Below are positions 13,691-25,215 of a stretch of DNA of 50,609 nt, in pieces. Positions within the stretch are counted from its first letter, which is position 1, and every line of letters starts with the position of its first letter. The notes beneath the pieces were generated by a model, which saw only the letters and a program-made list of their open reading frames with translations, was not told the origin of the DNA and did no database searches. The translations under genes were made by a program, and so were the position numbers. The stretch is taken from assembly GCF_001194135.2 (NCBI RefSeq), contig NC_068993.1, positions 22,538,286-22,588,894 of the forward strand, in the 5' to 3' direction. Origin of the DNA: Octopus bimaculoides (taxonomy: Eukaryota).

Positions 13691-13780
13691 TTCTTTCTCC
13701 GATGAGAAGATCACATTGTTTTACACTATTTAATTCCTTTGGAATAATACCAATGTTCTCTTCGAAACATATGACGGAAG
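13691..13780 (+). ncRNA. Degenerate hammerhead motif in the 3' repeat of the upstream PLE
   Basis: CCGATGA (13699-13705); long stem II GAAGAtcACATTG...CAATGTtcTCTTC; GAAA (13764-13767); CA-TA. Core has U4>C and stem I is weak. Confidence 0.5.
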
Positions 13781-14379
13781 TAAAAGAATTTTAATAACAT
13801 TTGCGTTTAACTCCATCTATATATATATATATATATATATATAGGGAGAGATAACATCCGGACACTGTCGTCCTCAATTGTGAAGATTTATNNNNNNNNN
13901 NNNNNNNNNNNNNNNNNNNNNNNNNNNNNNNNNNNNNNNNNNNNNNNNNNNNNNNNNNNNNNNNNNNNNNNNNNNNNNNNNNNNNNNNNNNNNNNNNNNN
14001 NNNNNNNNNNNNNNNNNNNNNNNNNNNNNNNNNNNNNNNNNNNNNNNNNNNNNNNNNNNNNNNNNNNNNNNNNNNNNNNNNNNNNNNNNNNNNNNNNNNN
14101 NNNNNNNNNNNNNNNNNNNNNNNNNNNNNNNNNNNNNNNNNNNNNNNNNNNNNNNNNNNNNNNNNNNNNNNNNNNNNNNNNNNNNNNNNNNNNNNNNNNN
14201 NNNNNNNNNNNNNNNNNNNNNNNNNNNNNNNNNNNNNNNNNNNNNNNNNNNNNNNNNNNNNNNNNNNNNNNNNNNNNNNNNNNNNNNNNNNNNNNNNNNN
14301 NNNNNNNNNNNNNNNNNNNNNNNNNNNNNNNNNNNNNNNNNNNNNNNNNNNNNNNNNNNNNNNNNNNNCTATTAACTAT

Positions 14380-14530
14380 TTTCTCTCCCTGTTTATTTCT
14401 GTGTTCCTTTCTGTTGAAGAGCGTAGGCTCGAAACGTAAAAGACTTTCTCACTTCGCGAGCGTTAAACTAATACATCAGTTTGTTGTTTACACACCCGTC
14501 TTCGTCTTTTGTTTTCTGTAAATTCTCACT
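14380..14530 (+). mobile_element. PLE terminal-repeat fragment (family A)
   Basis: Homologous by eye to 16590-16730 (minus) and 22930-23110 (plus). Confidence 0.7.
14407..14442 (+). ncRNA. Minimal type I hammerhead, family A (one core substitution)
   Basis: CTTT-CTGTTGA-A-GAGC/GTAG/GCTC-GAAA-CG-TA|AAAG. Stems I and II are perfect and A6 is changed to U. Confidence 0.7.
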
Positions 14531-15333
14531 ATATATATATATATATATATATATAGGGAGAGATAACATCCGGACACTGTCGTCCTCAATTGTGAAGATT
14601 TATTTAAATAAACTCTAAAGATGGTACAAAACCTACTGTAGAAGCGGATATAAGATTGTATTTTTTGTTATTCGTTTCTTTCGGACACAATCGTAACAGT
14701 TGGAAACACATATAATTAAGGGTAAAAATTTACCCTAATATAATACTACCAGAGAGTATGACAAATCACATATCGATAGCGAAATATGATTAACAAAAAA
14801 AGAATAATTGAAGCTATTTTTTTCTATCGGTCATGTGTGGCCTATGCAAACAGTCAGTTTTTTTTTTATCGACCATGATCATCAATCTATATGGGAAAAG
14901 TAGAGTCAAATATTGTAGCATTTTAATACAGAGTGCAAGGTGAAATATTGAATACTATCATTTCTATCTTCTAACTATCCAATTACTCCACTGTTTACTT
15001 GTAATTAGCAGAGCGAATCATTCAGTGATGAATGCGTTTCATGTAAATATAATCAAGTATTTCTTTATATCATTTACACTTCCAGACAAAAATCATTTAT
15101 TTACTTGTTGATTCTAAAAGTACATATTTTATTGATACCAGCTGAGAGGAAAAACTAGGAAGAATATACAACACAAATATTGGAAATATATAAAGTCACA
15201 TAATCTTTTCCTTACGTTCAATCCTCTGCCATAATTTGGCAGTCACAACTGTTGCTGCAATACATTGGATGTGACTCTTTAGAAAGACTGTAAGATGTAA
15301 CCCCCATCTTTCTTACAATACATCAAATTATGA

Positions 15334-15378
<45 letters not shown>

Positions 15379-16589
15379 ACCTGCATCTAGTACTTGACTC
15401 GTATTTCAATTTTTCGCTTCTAAACTGATGAAAAGTAGAGTTGACCTGACCTGGATTCGAACTTGGAAAGCAGTGAACTGGAATAATTGTCTAACTGATC
15501 TTTCTACTAAGTCCTAACAAAACTATCGAGTCAGTTGCTCAAATATTTACACCTGTGGTGCCCAATATGGAGCGTATGTCACACGAGGAGGTACTTTTAA
15601 AATATGTATATAGTATTTTAGCTGAAGCCTTGTCTACGAATATCTACAAAAATCTACGGGTGTGGGCGTGTCATCCTTTGTTCGTATTTTGCACTACAAA
15701 ATGCGGCGGTCATCGTTGGTGTCATTCTGGCAGCACTTCGTATATCCTTATACATCGATTCAAGTAATCGCTAGACTCGATTCTTGTCGTGATATAAAAG
15801 TTGCAGCAAGTGTGAAAACTTAGAAATTGAAAAGCACGACATGGGAATGCAAAAACCGGAGATTGATCAACATAATGACGGAAAGTGACGAATTGGTGGC
15901 ACAAGTGAAGAACGGAAGTTGTAGCATTAATCTCAGTCTCCCTATCCGAAATCAACCTCTTCACTGGGCGCTTATAGAACTTAATCAGTAGATATTAAAT
16001 GGGTTTAAGCTTTACTGGTAACCATCAGTAATCGCTACCTGGATTGTAGTATATACTCGCTCTTTATTCTAAGTTCTGGCACTTAATGTGTCACAGTAAG
16101 GGTAATGCGGTTCTGATCTAACAGCCTGTTTTATTTTGGCGATTACTTTCAGTGCTGACTGATAGTGTGTGGGCATCAGATCCTGTAAGTTTTCATATAT
16201 TCATCTAACTTGGATATAGTGTATGTGACGCACCCTGCTATCGATTAGCAACCAGTATAGACATTTAAGCCTATCGCTGTCGAATTTCGTGATCCTCTTA
16301 AAACAGTAGGATGTAATGTGCACTAACTTCTTAATTCTTTCGTATTGGTTATTTTCTCAGTAATAAAACCTTCGATCGGAGAAGGCGACAAACTTGATGA
16401 CAGTGAAGAACTGCATGAATCAGCTTCCACCCCACCCACTGAAGGGAGCAATAAAGGCACTAAGGAAATCCTTTTTATGCAGATTGACAGAACCACATCT
16501 TCAGTGAAAGCTAGACATCTTGTCACTTTCAATTGCTCGAAAAGCATTGAATGATCAAATATACACGCACGCATATATATATATATATA

Positions 16590-18200
16590 TAGTTCAAATT
16601 TGCGGAAAAACAAAAGACGAAGACAGGTGTGAAATCGATAAGTAGGTGTATTAGATTAACGCACAGGGAAAATGGGAGAGTCTTTTACGTTCCGAGTCTA
16701 CGTTCTTCGACAGAAAAGATTAAGAAGTAAAAATGAGGAGAGAATGAAAAAAGAAAGAAAAAAAAACGGACAGAGAAAAACTTGGCAAGATGACTATAAA
16801 AAAGAGGTTGATTGAAGAGAAGATGATAATAACAAGAGTTTGAAAGAAAGGGAGATAATAATGGTGATCCCAAAAAACTAAAGTGCGCAAACGTGTATGT
16901 GTATGTGAGAATGGTTTGTGTGAGTGTGTACGTGTCTATGTGTGAATGGAGGTGCATGAGTCTGACGTGTGTGTGTAACGTGTATGTATGTGCGTTGTGT
17001 GTTGCAGATGATGTATGCATGCTTTTTCAAGTGGTGTGTGCACATGTGTACATATGTGTGTGTGTGAGTGTCACCAAATAGTGTGCATGTGTATAGTGTA
17101 TGTTTGTGGACGAAAGCTATCTTTTTCTATGCGTGTGTTTATGCATGTTGTGTGTGTGTGTATATTGTCTGTGTTCAGGTATTATGTGCTTGTGTGAGTG
17201 TAGGAGTGTGCATGATGATGTGTGGTGTGTGTACTGGGCTAAACAGTGTGTGTATGACTGCTCTTATAATGGTATAATGGTACAGTGTTATGTGTGGTGA
17301 CGCTATTGATGAATGTGTGTGGGTGTCTGGATGATGGTGTGTGGTGTGGGTACTGAGAAATGGTCAGTGCTAGTATGTATGGAGTGGGAAGGTGTTGTGT
17401 GTGTGTTTGTAATGGTGTGTAAAGAGAGTAATGAGTTGAACAATGTGTATGAGTATGTGTAAAATGGTGTGTGTGTGGTGAAAGTACTGAGGTGGGAAGT
17501 ATGCAGGTTTGTAGGTGGAGGGGATTGTTGAATGTGAGAAGTGTGTGAGAATCCACGTGAGATTAGTGTCAGTTGAATAGAGGAGGAGAGTTGAACCCGT
17601 ATGGCGCAAAATAACGAAGTGAGAAGATTAATTCCTTCTCACGGTGAAAGCGGAAGTCTGGGTGGCCCCTGTGCAGAAAAAGTTCGAAAACAGACAAATC
17701 TTGTAGCGAATGACCAGTAGATCGCAAATGGCACGAGTTGTCTTAAACGTAATCCGTGAACCGGTCATCCAAGCGGCGTCCCGTTTGACCAATGTACAGG
17801 GAAGGACAAACTGAGTAAGGGATGCAGTAATTAAAATTACTAGATGTGCAGGTAAAGGAGTGAGTGACGTAATAGGAACGGCGATGGCTGCCTCTAAGGA
17901 TGGTGGTATTGGGTAGGTGCGACAGCGTAGGCGGGAGTAGGGGAAGAAGCCAGGCTGAGAGGCGGGGATAGGGAAGAAACTGTGGACCAGGTGGTCACGC
18001 AGGTTATGGGCTCATTTGAAGGAGGGAAGAAATAGGTTAGGGAAGATGTGCGAGGTGGAGTTGTTGAGCTGGAATCACCCGAAGGCTCGGAGAATGGTGC
18101 ATTGGAGGGTAGTGTGGAGGAGTAGTAGTCGAGGGGAAACACGAAACGGGTAAGGGTGGGGCGGGTGCGAGGAGAACGAGCAGGGCCATGTTCCACAGGT
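16590..18200 (-). mobile_element. 5'-truncated Penelope-like element: RT C-terminus, GIY-YIG endonuclease, CA-rich 3' region and terminal repeat
   Basis: Minus-strand translation with frameshifts: HNLRDHLVHS...PGFFP..R.RC; SFTCTSSNFNYCIPYSVCPSLYIGQTGRRLDDRF; HSLQDLSVFELFLHRGHPDFRFHREKELIFSLRYFAPYGFN. Confidence 0.85.
16681..16718 (-). ncRNA. Degenerate family A hammerhead
   Basis: CTTTT-CTGTCGA-A-GAAC/GTAG/ACTC-GGAA-CG-TA-AAAGA; several core and stem II changes. Confidence 0.55.
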
Positions 18201-18297
18201 CATACCCAGGCAAGGGCAGTATGGATAATGGTGAGGAGATACCTACGTAGGATAAAGTGGCGAGTCATGAGTTGAGATTGAGTTTCAAAGTCATGGT

Positions 18298-18340
18298 CAT
18301 CACGCACGCACGCACGCACGCACGCACGATCGCACGCACG

Positions 18341-18386
<46 letters not shown>

Positions 18387-18394
18387 CACACACA
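18298..18394. repeat. (CACG)n/(CA)n microsatellite
   Basis: Seen directly. Confidence 0.95.
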
Positions 18395-18904
18395 CGAATA
18401 AGTACCTTGTTGAATGCAGTGGTCGTAAGGGGTATTTGAAGTAAGACATAGAACTGTCGAAAATTCAAAATTATTTAAAAATCACTAGGAGAGAAATCTG
18501 AAAATTGATAGATAATGAAATTATTATTCTCTGCGCAAAACGTAACACCTATCATACACGAGTGGCATGTTACAAAATATTTCTTATAAAGCTGAAAAGA
18601 ATCATTTTAGTCCGGGATATCAACTTTTCCCAAAATAGTTCTATATAATGATGGAAAATATGTCCATGACATGCCCCCCAATGGCGCAAGAGTGCAGTTA
18701 TTCAAAAGTTAATAGCACGGAAATTCACAGTACAGATGAATCTATTTACTGTAAGAGACCAAGCGGCCACGTATATAGCATGAATATATATTATACATAC
18801 TACAGCATACGTGATACATATGATATAGTGATTATGAAGAATGTTTTAATGTTATTTTTCGAAACATTAGAAAGCAGTACTATTACAGCATAGAAACAAC
18901 AAGA

Positions 18905-18961
<57 letters not shown>

Positions 18962-19050
18962 GATGCTGCTGCTGCTGCTGTACAACAACAACAACTACTG
19001 CTGCTGCTACTACTACTACTACTACAACTACTACTACTACTACTACTATT
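18905..19050. repeat. Compound (CTA)n/(CTG)n/(CAA)n microsatellite
   Basis: Seen directly. Confidence 0.95.
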
Positions 19051-19394
19051 ATAAATTTTAAAATATTTGGTTGATAATAAAATACTAATAGAAAACAATG
19101 AATGTTGTACTGCAATTGATGTTTATTCTCTGATGGCAACGAAAATGGCGGTTAAAAATTGATGAAGCATGACGATCCGTTATTGATGTATGTGAAATCT
19201 GTTATTCACAGAGAAAATTTAGTTGTCAAAAGATGTTTCACCTCTTCTAACAGAGATATAGAATTCAAAACTATCAAGTTTAGTACAAAACTTGAGCGTC
19301 TCTTTAAAGAGATTTATAGCGATAAAAACGCAGGCCATCCATATAATATTCTTAAAAGGGTCAAAAACCGAAAGTCCTCCCCTAACCATAGACT

Positions 19395-19605
19395 CATAAG
19401 GCCGCTTTCCCGGAATTCATGTCGTATATATATCTCACCACCCGGATGAGTCGCCAGTCCGTCGTAGTATTATTCATATTTACCGGTTGAGCTGGCTGGA
19501 TCAAGCTAAAATGAAGTGTTATGCTCAAGAAGCAACGCAACGCCCAGTCCAGGAATCTACAATCTTACGATCATGAATGCAACACACTAACTAATAAGTC
19601 ATGAG
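19395..19605 (-). mobile_element. Degenerate tRNA-derived SINE (same general type as 50192)
   Basis: Minus strand reads ...catgatcgtaagattgtagattcctggactgggcgttgcgttgcttcttgagc..., similar to 50220-50290. Confidence 0.55.
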
Positions 19606-20213
19606 ACTCCACATAGATTATTATTACATCACACTGGTGTAAGATGATTATCAAGAGGTAATTGGCTGAAAAGATTCCCAGGCTGTTCTCAGCAATATTC
19701 TCCTTGGTATCTGATATTTCCAGTGACATTTTATAGGAAAACCTGAAACAGCATTTGATGGCAAATCTTCTCTGAGTTATTTGGCACATATTTTCTGAAT
19801 AAGTAACTTTAAGAATTAACTATGATTCTTGTTGATTGAAAGATAAAGATTTGTGACTCCATAACATTTCTGGAATTATGTCAAAAGAATATTTTTACAA
19901 TAAAATAAACCCAGTTATATTGGCTAAATAAAGTAAGTGATTATGAATCTATTTGTCATTATCGTTTCAGTTCAAAATACTGGCCAGCGATTTAAATTTC
20001 AGATTTTCTGATTTAAAAGAAACGAAATTTCCATTTTGGCTAAATTAACCATTAGTAGGGGATTTATTTGAATTGGTAATATGGTACAGAGGAAATGTCT
20101 GAAATACCAAATGATGTAGTTATTAAAAGTATATTTTAAGTAAAAGAAACCATAGCGTGGTTCTGTGATGCGACTAATACACACTCGTTTGAAGAGAGAG
20201 GGAGAGAGAGAAA

Positions 20214-20277
<64 letters not shown>

Positions 20278-20865
20278 AACTGTTACTATTTCCACCTCCT
20301 TTATTTAATGGAATGTGATTTTAGTGCAGTGAATTAATTGAGAAAAAAGAAACGGAATGGGTACCACAAAACGAGGTGACGGAATACCGAAGATAACTAA
20401 GTTAATATATCGGATCAATAGTTTTTATAATAAACATCAAACAAGGTCTTAGCAACTCGAGTTGATCAAACTTTATATTTGTTGTATTTTTTTCTTTTAA
20501 AATATTGTGAATTTAAAGTGATACTATTTATTCAATATTTTTTTTAATATTTTAAGATTTTAACTTTTAACTAAAGTTTTATTTCAAGGAAATAATTTAG
20601 CTTTACTCTCCTTTTTTTACTCATATTTAATGGAATTCATATTGAACATACTCATATTATTGAAACTTAAAATTATAGCATACTGATCGCAAATTTGTAC
20701 TTATATGATTTGATGGGTTGGGGTGAGGCTGTCACGTTTTGTAAGTGTAAGTATACGGCATGGCGCAAAAAGGTTGAAAATCATTGATTTTTCTCTAAAT
20801 TTACCGAGCAAAAATTTTACGAATCTTTTCCAATTTCAGCAATTATTTTTTGTCGTTACACTCAC

Positions 20866-21137
20866 CTGCTTTCAAGTTCATGAAGTTTTCCTGTATCACT
20901 GAGATTTAAAATAACCATAGATAAATCTTCTCGGTAAGTGGCTCCTGGTGGGACGGCAATACCAAAACCTTTCGGATCAAAACGTGGTCCGATCTCTGTT
21001 AATTCACAATCTTCAATCGATTTGTATCTACTCACTGTTGTATCCCAGAAGAACGCATAGTTACCTTCCTTAACCTTATGAAAGCCTTCAGTTGTTGTGG
21101 AAACCATTGATTCGGGATCAAGTTCTGCCATTTGAAC
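20866..21137 (-). CDS. iGluR exon: S2 lobe (VQMAELDPESMVSTTTEGFHKVKEGNYAFFWDTTVSRY...C...GFGIAVPPGATYREDLSMVILNLSDTGKLHELES)
   Basis: Acceptor tttcag|GTT and donor AG|GTGAGT; 272 nt, phase 0 to 2; canonical S2 motifs. Confidence 0.95.
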
Positions 21138-22859
21138 CTGAAATAATAATCAGTGATTTAACGACAGTTCAACTAAAATTATTTAATGGATTTAAGAGAT
21201 AACATCAAAATATCAGGAACGTGGGTATATATTGTGTTGTTAAGATGCTCAATTCGAAAAACTTTTGGTTGGTGATTCGATCATACTGCTCGGGTAAGTG
21301 TTTTATACTATATCCTCGAATTGACCATTACATTGTGAGTGAAATATGTGCGCTCGCACACACTCAAAAATATATGCATACACAGGCGAAAGATATCTTA
21401 GTGCGTATTCGTTACACTTTGAAAACTTAAGTATCTGATAAGGAGACCAATTTCTAGAAGCTATAAAATTATTTTAGAGCAAGCCTAATTATTCGTCTTC
21501 GAGCAACTGAAGAAGAACTGCGTTATGGCTTCAGTTCTAATTGCAAGGAAGAACCGCATTAGTTAAGTTCGCATTGAAGACATAAACTAGAATGTTCTGA
21601 ATAACTTGTCGACTTGTATCTAATCTCAACTTTGATAGCATGTATCTCTCGCCTTTCTCTCTCTTGCGATAACAACGAAAGATAATGACGTCCTCCTAAA
21701 GAAATATTCTCATTATATAACTTTCTTGCCTGTCTATCACTTTCTGGGAAGTTAATAAATCTATTTAATGTTATATTATAATTAAGAGGCTCTAGATTCT
21801 TGACCACGTCATACTTATAAGATCCAAATAGATCGAAATAGCAGCTATACACAAATGTAAAGGACTTTATGATTAGAAGGAAAATTAAAGGAAAGAAAAT
21901 TAATGAAACAAATATAAATGCTTAAAATATATTCTATTACTTTTACTTACGATAGAATAAATTAATATGGATTTATGAGAGTTGCTTCTATCTCACGCCA
22001 TACTGATGAACAGCTGAACGATTGAGAGATTATATAAATATATTTTTTACGCAGTAAAAATGATTTTCCTAAGAATATGTCATATGAATTTAATCTGGTT
22101 CAGTGTAATGCAGCTCTGAGACATTTATTTATTAATATAATTCATTTATTAATATAATTCATAGGTATCAGTAAATTCGGTAGTCCTGAAGAATGAAAAA
22201 TATGACGCTTCAGAAAGGGCTTTTCAGTGACGTGGTATTCTATTACCCCGGTAAGCGTGACAAAGATTCTTCTTTGTACAACTTACCCGATTTATATATA
22301 GATCCACTTGCCATGACATATATCTATACTAGATGTACCCACTGTGACCCGTTGGGTCAAAACCACTCCCAGTTGAAAATGTCGATGTGCAACGGATAAT
22401 TTAAGGCATTCTATTCAACTTTTTAAAGTCCTTGCAATTTGCCACCATCTGTTTAGTAACAGACGGTTCTTGCCAAATATAAGACAAGTCATTTCTTTTT
22501 TTTTCCTTTGTACAGAAGTCTTTCTTCCTTGTCACCAGGTCAGTCCCAAATGATCAGTACTGTTATCAAAATAGGATTTTCTTTTGAAAAGACCCACATA
22601 TACTGGGATTTTCTTTTGAGAGAGAGAGTCGAGAGATGATATCTAAAGATGCTGAATATAGAAAATACTTTGTAGTGCTTAAATAATTTGAACTTAAACT
22701 CTGAAATCTTTACTGTGGAGTGAGTTAATAAGTTAATAGGGACTAAGTGGCTAGAAGAGAAACTCAGGCAAGCAGACTAAATATCTTCAGTTTTTGTCTT
22801 CCTCTGTTTACATATATAAGTATGCATATTTTATATATCTAGCCCAATCAGTTCTAGCT

Positions 22860-23860
22860 GCTTACTCGCATCATTCTCTCTCTCTCCCACTCCCTCTATA
22901 CCACGTTGAACCGTTATTCCTAACACATTTTTCTCTCTATCTTTGTTTTTCGTTCTCTATTTTTCCCTCTCAACCCTTTCTGATGAAGAGCGTAGGCACT
23001 AAACGTCAAAGACTTTTCCATTCTTTCCGAGCGTTAAACCTATACACTTGTTTTCCTTCACCTTACTCGTTTCTCCCTCACCAGTCTTGGACTTTTATTT
23101 TCTGTAAATTTGAACTACACTGACACCTCAGTATCGCACCTAATCCGCTCCATCTGTCATTCGCTACAGCATCTGTCTGTGCTCGGACTGTCTCTGCACA
23201 GGGGCCACCCGGATACTTGCCTTCGTCGTGAACAAGAATTAATCTTCTATCTTCTTTCCTTTGTTCCTTACGGTCTCAAATTCGCCACCTCTGTTCGTCT
23301 AACACAACCCTACACAGATTCCGATACACTTCTCACATTCAACTCCCCTCCCCTCCACCCCACAACTTCACACCACCTAACTCGGCACCCTCACCACTGT
23401 TCAACAATACACATTGTTCCACTCATTACTCATATCACACACCATTACGCACACACCCACTCACACCTTTCCCACTCCATATCCGCTAGCACCAAACACC
23501 TTTCAGTTTCCACACTACGCACCTTTATCCATACACCCACACGCACTCTTCAATATCGTCACCTCACACACTTCAATTTCCTCACCACACACACACACCA
23601 CTATACGAACACCCTTACACACTGTTCAGCTCAGTATACACACCACACACACATTATGCACACTCCCACACTCACACACAATCACATACACATGTACTCA
23701 CACTCGCCTTCCCACACCATATATATTAGCACCCAATATCTACCTAACCCACTTCCTCTCAACCCATCTCACCTACCCTATCCCACCTCTCCTCACGCCG
23801 ATCCCACCACGCACCTATATATGCAGAGATATGTATGGGTCTCTGTATACTGCTTATAGT
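22860..23860 (+). mobile_element. PLE family A fragment: terminal repeat followed by endonuclease C-terminus and CA-rich region
   Basis: HSLQHLSVLGLSLHRGHPDTCLRREQELIFYLLSFVPYGLK at about 23160-23280; homologous to 16590-17730 in the opposite orientation. Confidence 0.8.
22976..23011 (+). ncRNA. Degenerate family A hammerhead
   Basis: CTTT-CTGATGA-A-GAGC/GTAG/GCAC-TAAA-CG-TC|AAAG; G12>U and one stem II mismatch. Confidence 0.6.
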
Positions 23861-25084
23861 GACAGTGACTTCTTAGACGGCCATGACCTCAGAAGATTTT
23901 GCCCCACCAGGTCATAGAGGGGAAGACCACACACTATCACCTCAGCAGTGAAAAGGTTGCAAGACGCAACGAAAATTTTAGAAAAATAAATAAGTAAATG
24001 AATGAAAACTTTACTGGTGAGTGTGTTAAACTATAAGGCACTAAAAGAGAATGACTTTCCCCAGACACAACAGTATATGTGGGTCTTTTCAAAAGAAAAT
24101 CCCCTTTTGATTACAGGACTTATCATTTGGGAGTGACCTTGTGAAAAGGAAGAAAGACTTCATACAAAGGAAAAAAAAAAAAAAAAGAAATGTCTTGTCT
24201 TACCTTTGGTAGGAACCGTCTGTTACTAAACAGATGGTGGCAAATTGCAAAGGCCTTAAAAAGTCGAATAGAATGCCTTAAGTTTTCCGTTCTCTATGCG
24301 TCACATGTCTAACTCCCATCGAAGCCAACTTACTCGTGATAATTTATCACTGGAATTGTTAGAACATCGGATGAGATGCCCTGCGGTGTTTCCGGCGGCT
24401 CTACGCGTTCTGAGTTTAAACCCTACGTAGGTACAGATGTCTAGGGTTAATCATTCGACTATAGGAGCACACCACCTTTTCGGCACTTAGGGTAAAAAGC
24501 TAAATTTAAAACCTCTATAGATAATCTGACAACGGAATGCTGAGGCTTCCTCCAATAGCTAAATGGTCGCTAAGTTTCTTGGTAAAATTGGGACAATGCC
24601 CATAAAATTAGGAGTCCTCTTGTCTGGTGAGGTTGACACAGTTCATAATCAGTCTACCCATCTTTAAATCGATGTCGGCGAGAGGTTGATGGGAATAAAG
24701 AAACCAGGGGTGGGGGTAGTGAGTGTTTCTGGTTCGAATAATGCTTGCATCAGAATAAATAGTCAAAGAGCAGGTGGTGGTGTTAAGAAGTGGTGGTGTT
24801 AGGTCACTCTTCTTCAGTCTCTTGTCTTCATCTTTACCTTTGATCTTCTGAATTTTTTGTTTTGCTTTTCTATTATTGTTTGCATTGTTGGCGTCATGGC
24901 TGTTGTTCTTTTTATTATCATTACTACTCCAGTCATGACAACCCCCCCTATCNNNNNNNNNNNNNNNCCACCACCACCACCACCACCACCACCACCATCA
25001 CTGCTATTGCTGCTGAAGAATCGTGATTTTATTTTTCCAATACAAGTGTCGATGCTAATCGATAATTAAATATTTCATTTCCAA

Positions 25085-25215
25085 ATTCTCTTTCATTCTT
25101 TAACACACACAACACTGCCAACACTACCTGTACATCACTCCCTGTACCGACTCCACCACAACCTTCAATACCGATACAGCATCGCTACCACTACACAACA
25201 TGATGTCTCAACATC
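25085..25215 (+). repeat. CAC-rich interspersed repeat, direct copy at about 28665-28805
   Basis: Both share caacactacctgtacatcac...accgatacagcatc.ctaccac.acacaaca.gatg.ctc.acatcaac.tcactac. Confidence 0.8.

Larger units (their letters stand above)
22391..24291. repeat. Inverted repeat pair of about 215 bp (22391-22605 and 24071-24291)
   Basis: For example gccaccatctgtttagtaacagacggttc versus gaaccgtctgttactaaacagatggtggc, and cttttgaaaagacccacatatactg versus cagtatatgtgggtcttttcaaaag. Confidence 0.9.

Noticed and set aside
13815-14605. Identical 50-60 bp block (TA)n-gggagagataacatccggacactgtcg... on both sides of a gap; also taaagtgtgtat(CT)n at 48995 and 49083
   Set aside because: Most likely contig-end overlap duplicated by scaffolding, not LTRs or target-site duplications.
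10982-20865. Search for a duplicated (flip/flop-like) S2/M4 exon
   Set aside because: No second WW..C or LxLS..G.L-type block found by eye in the sequenced part; gaps remain unexamined.
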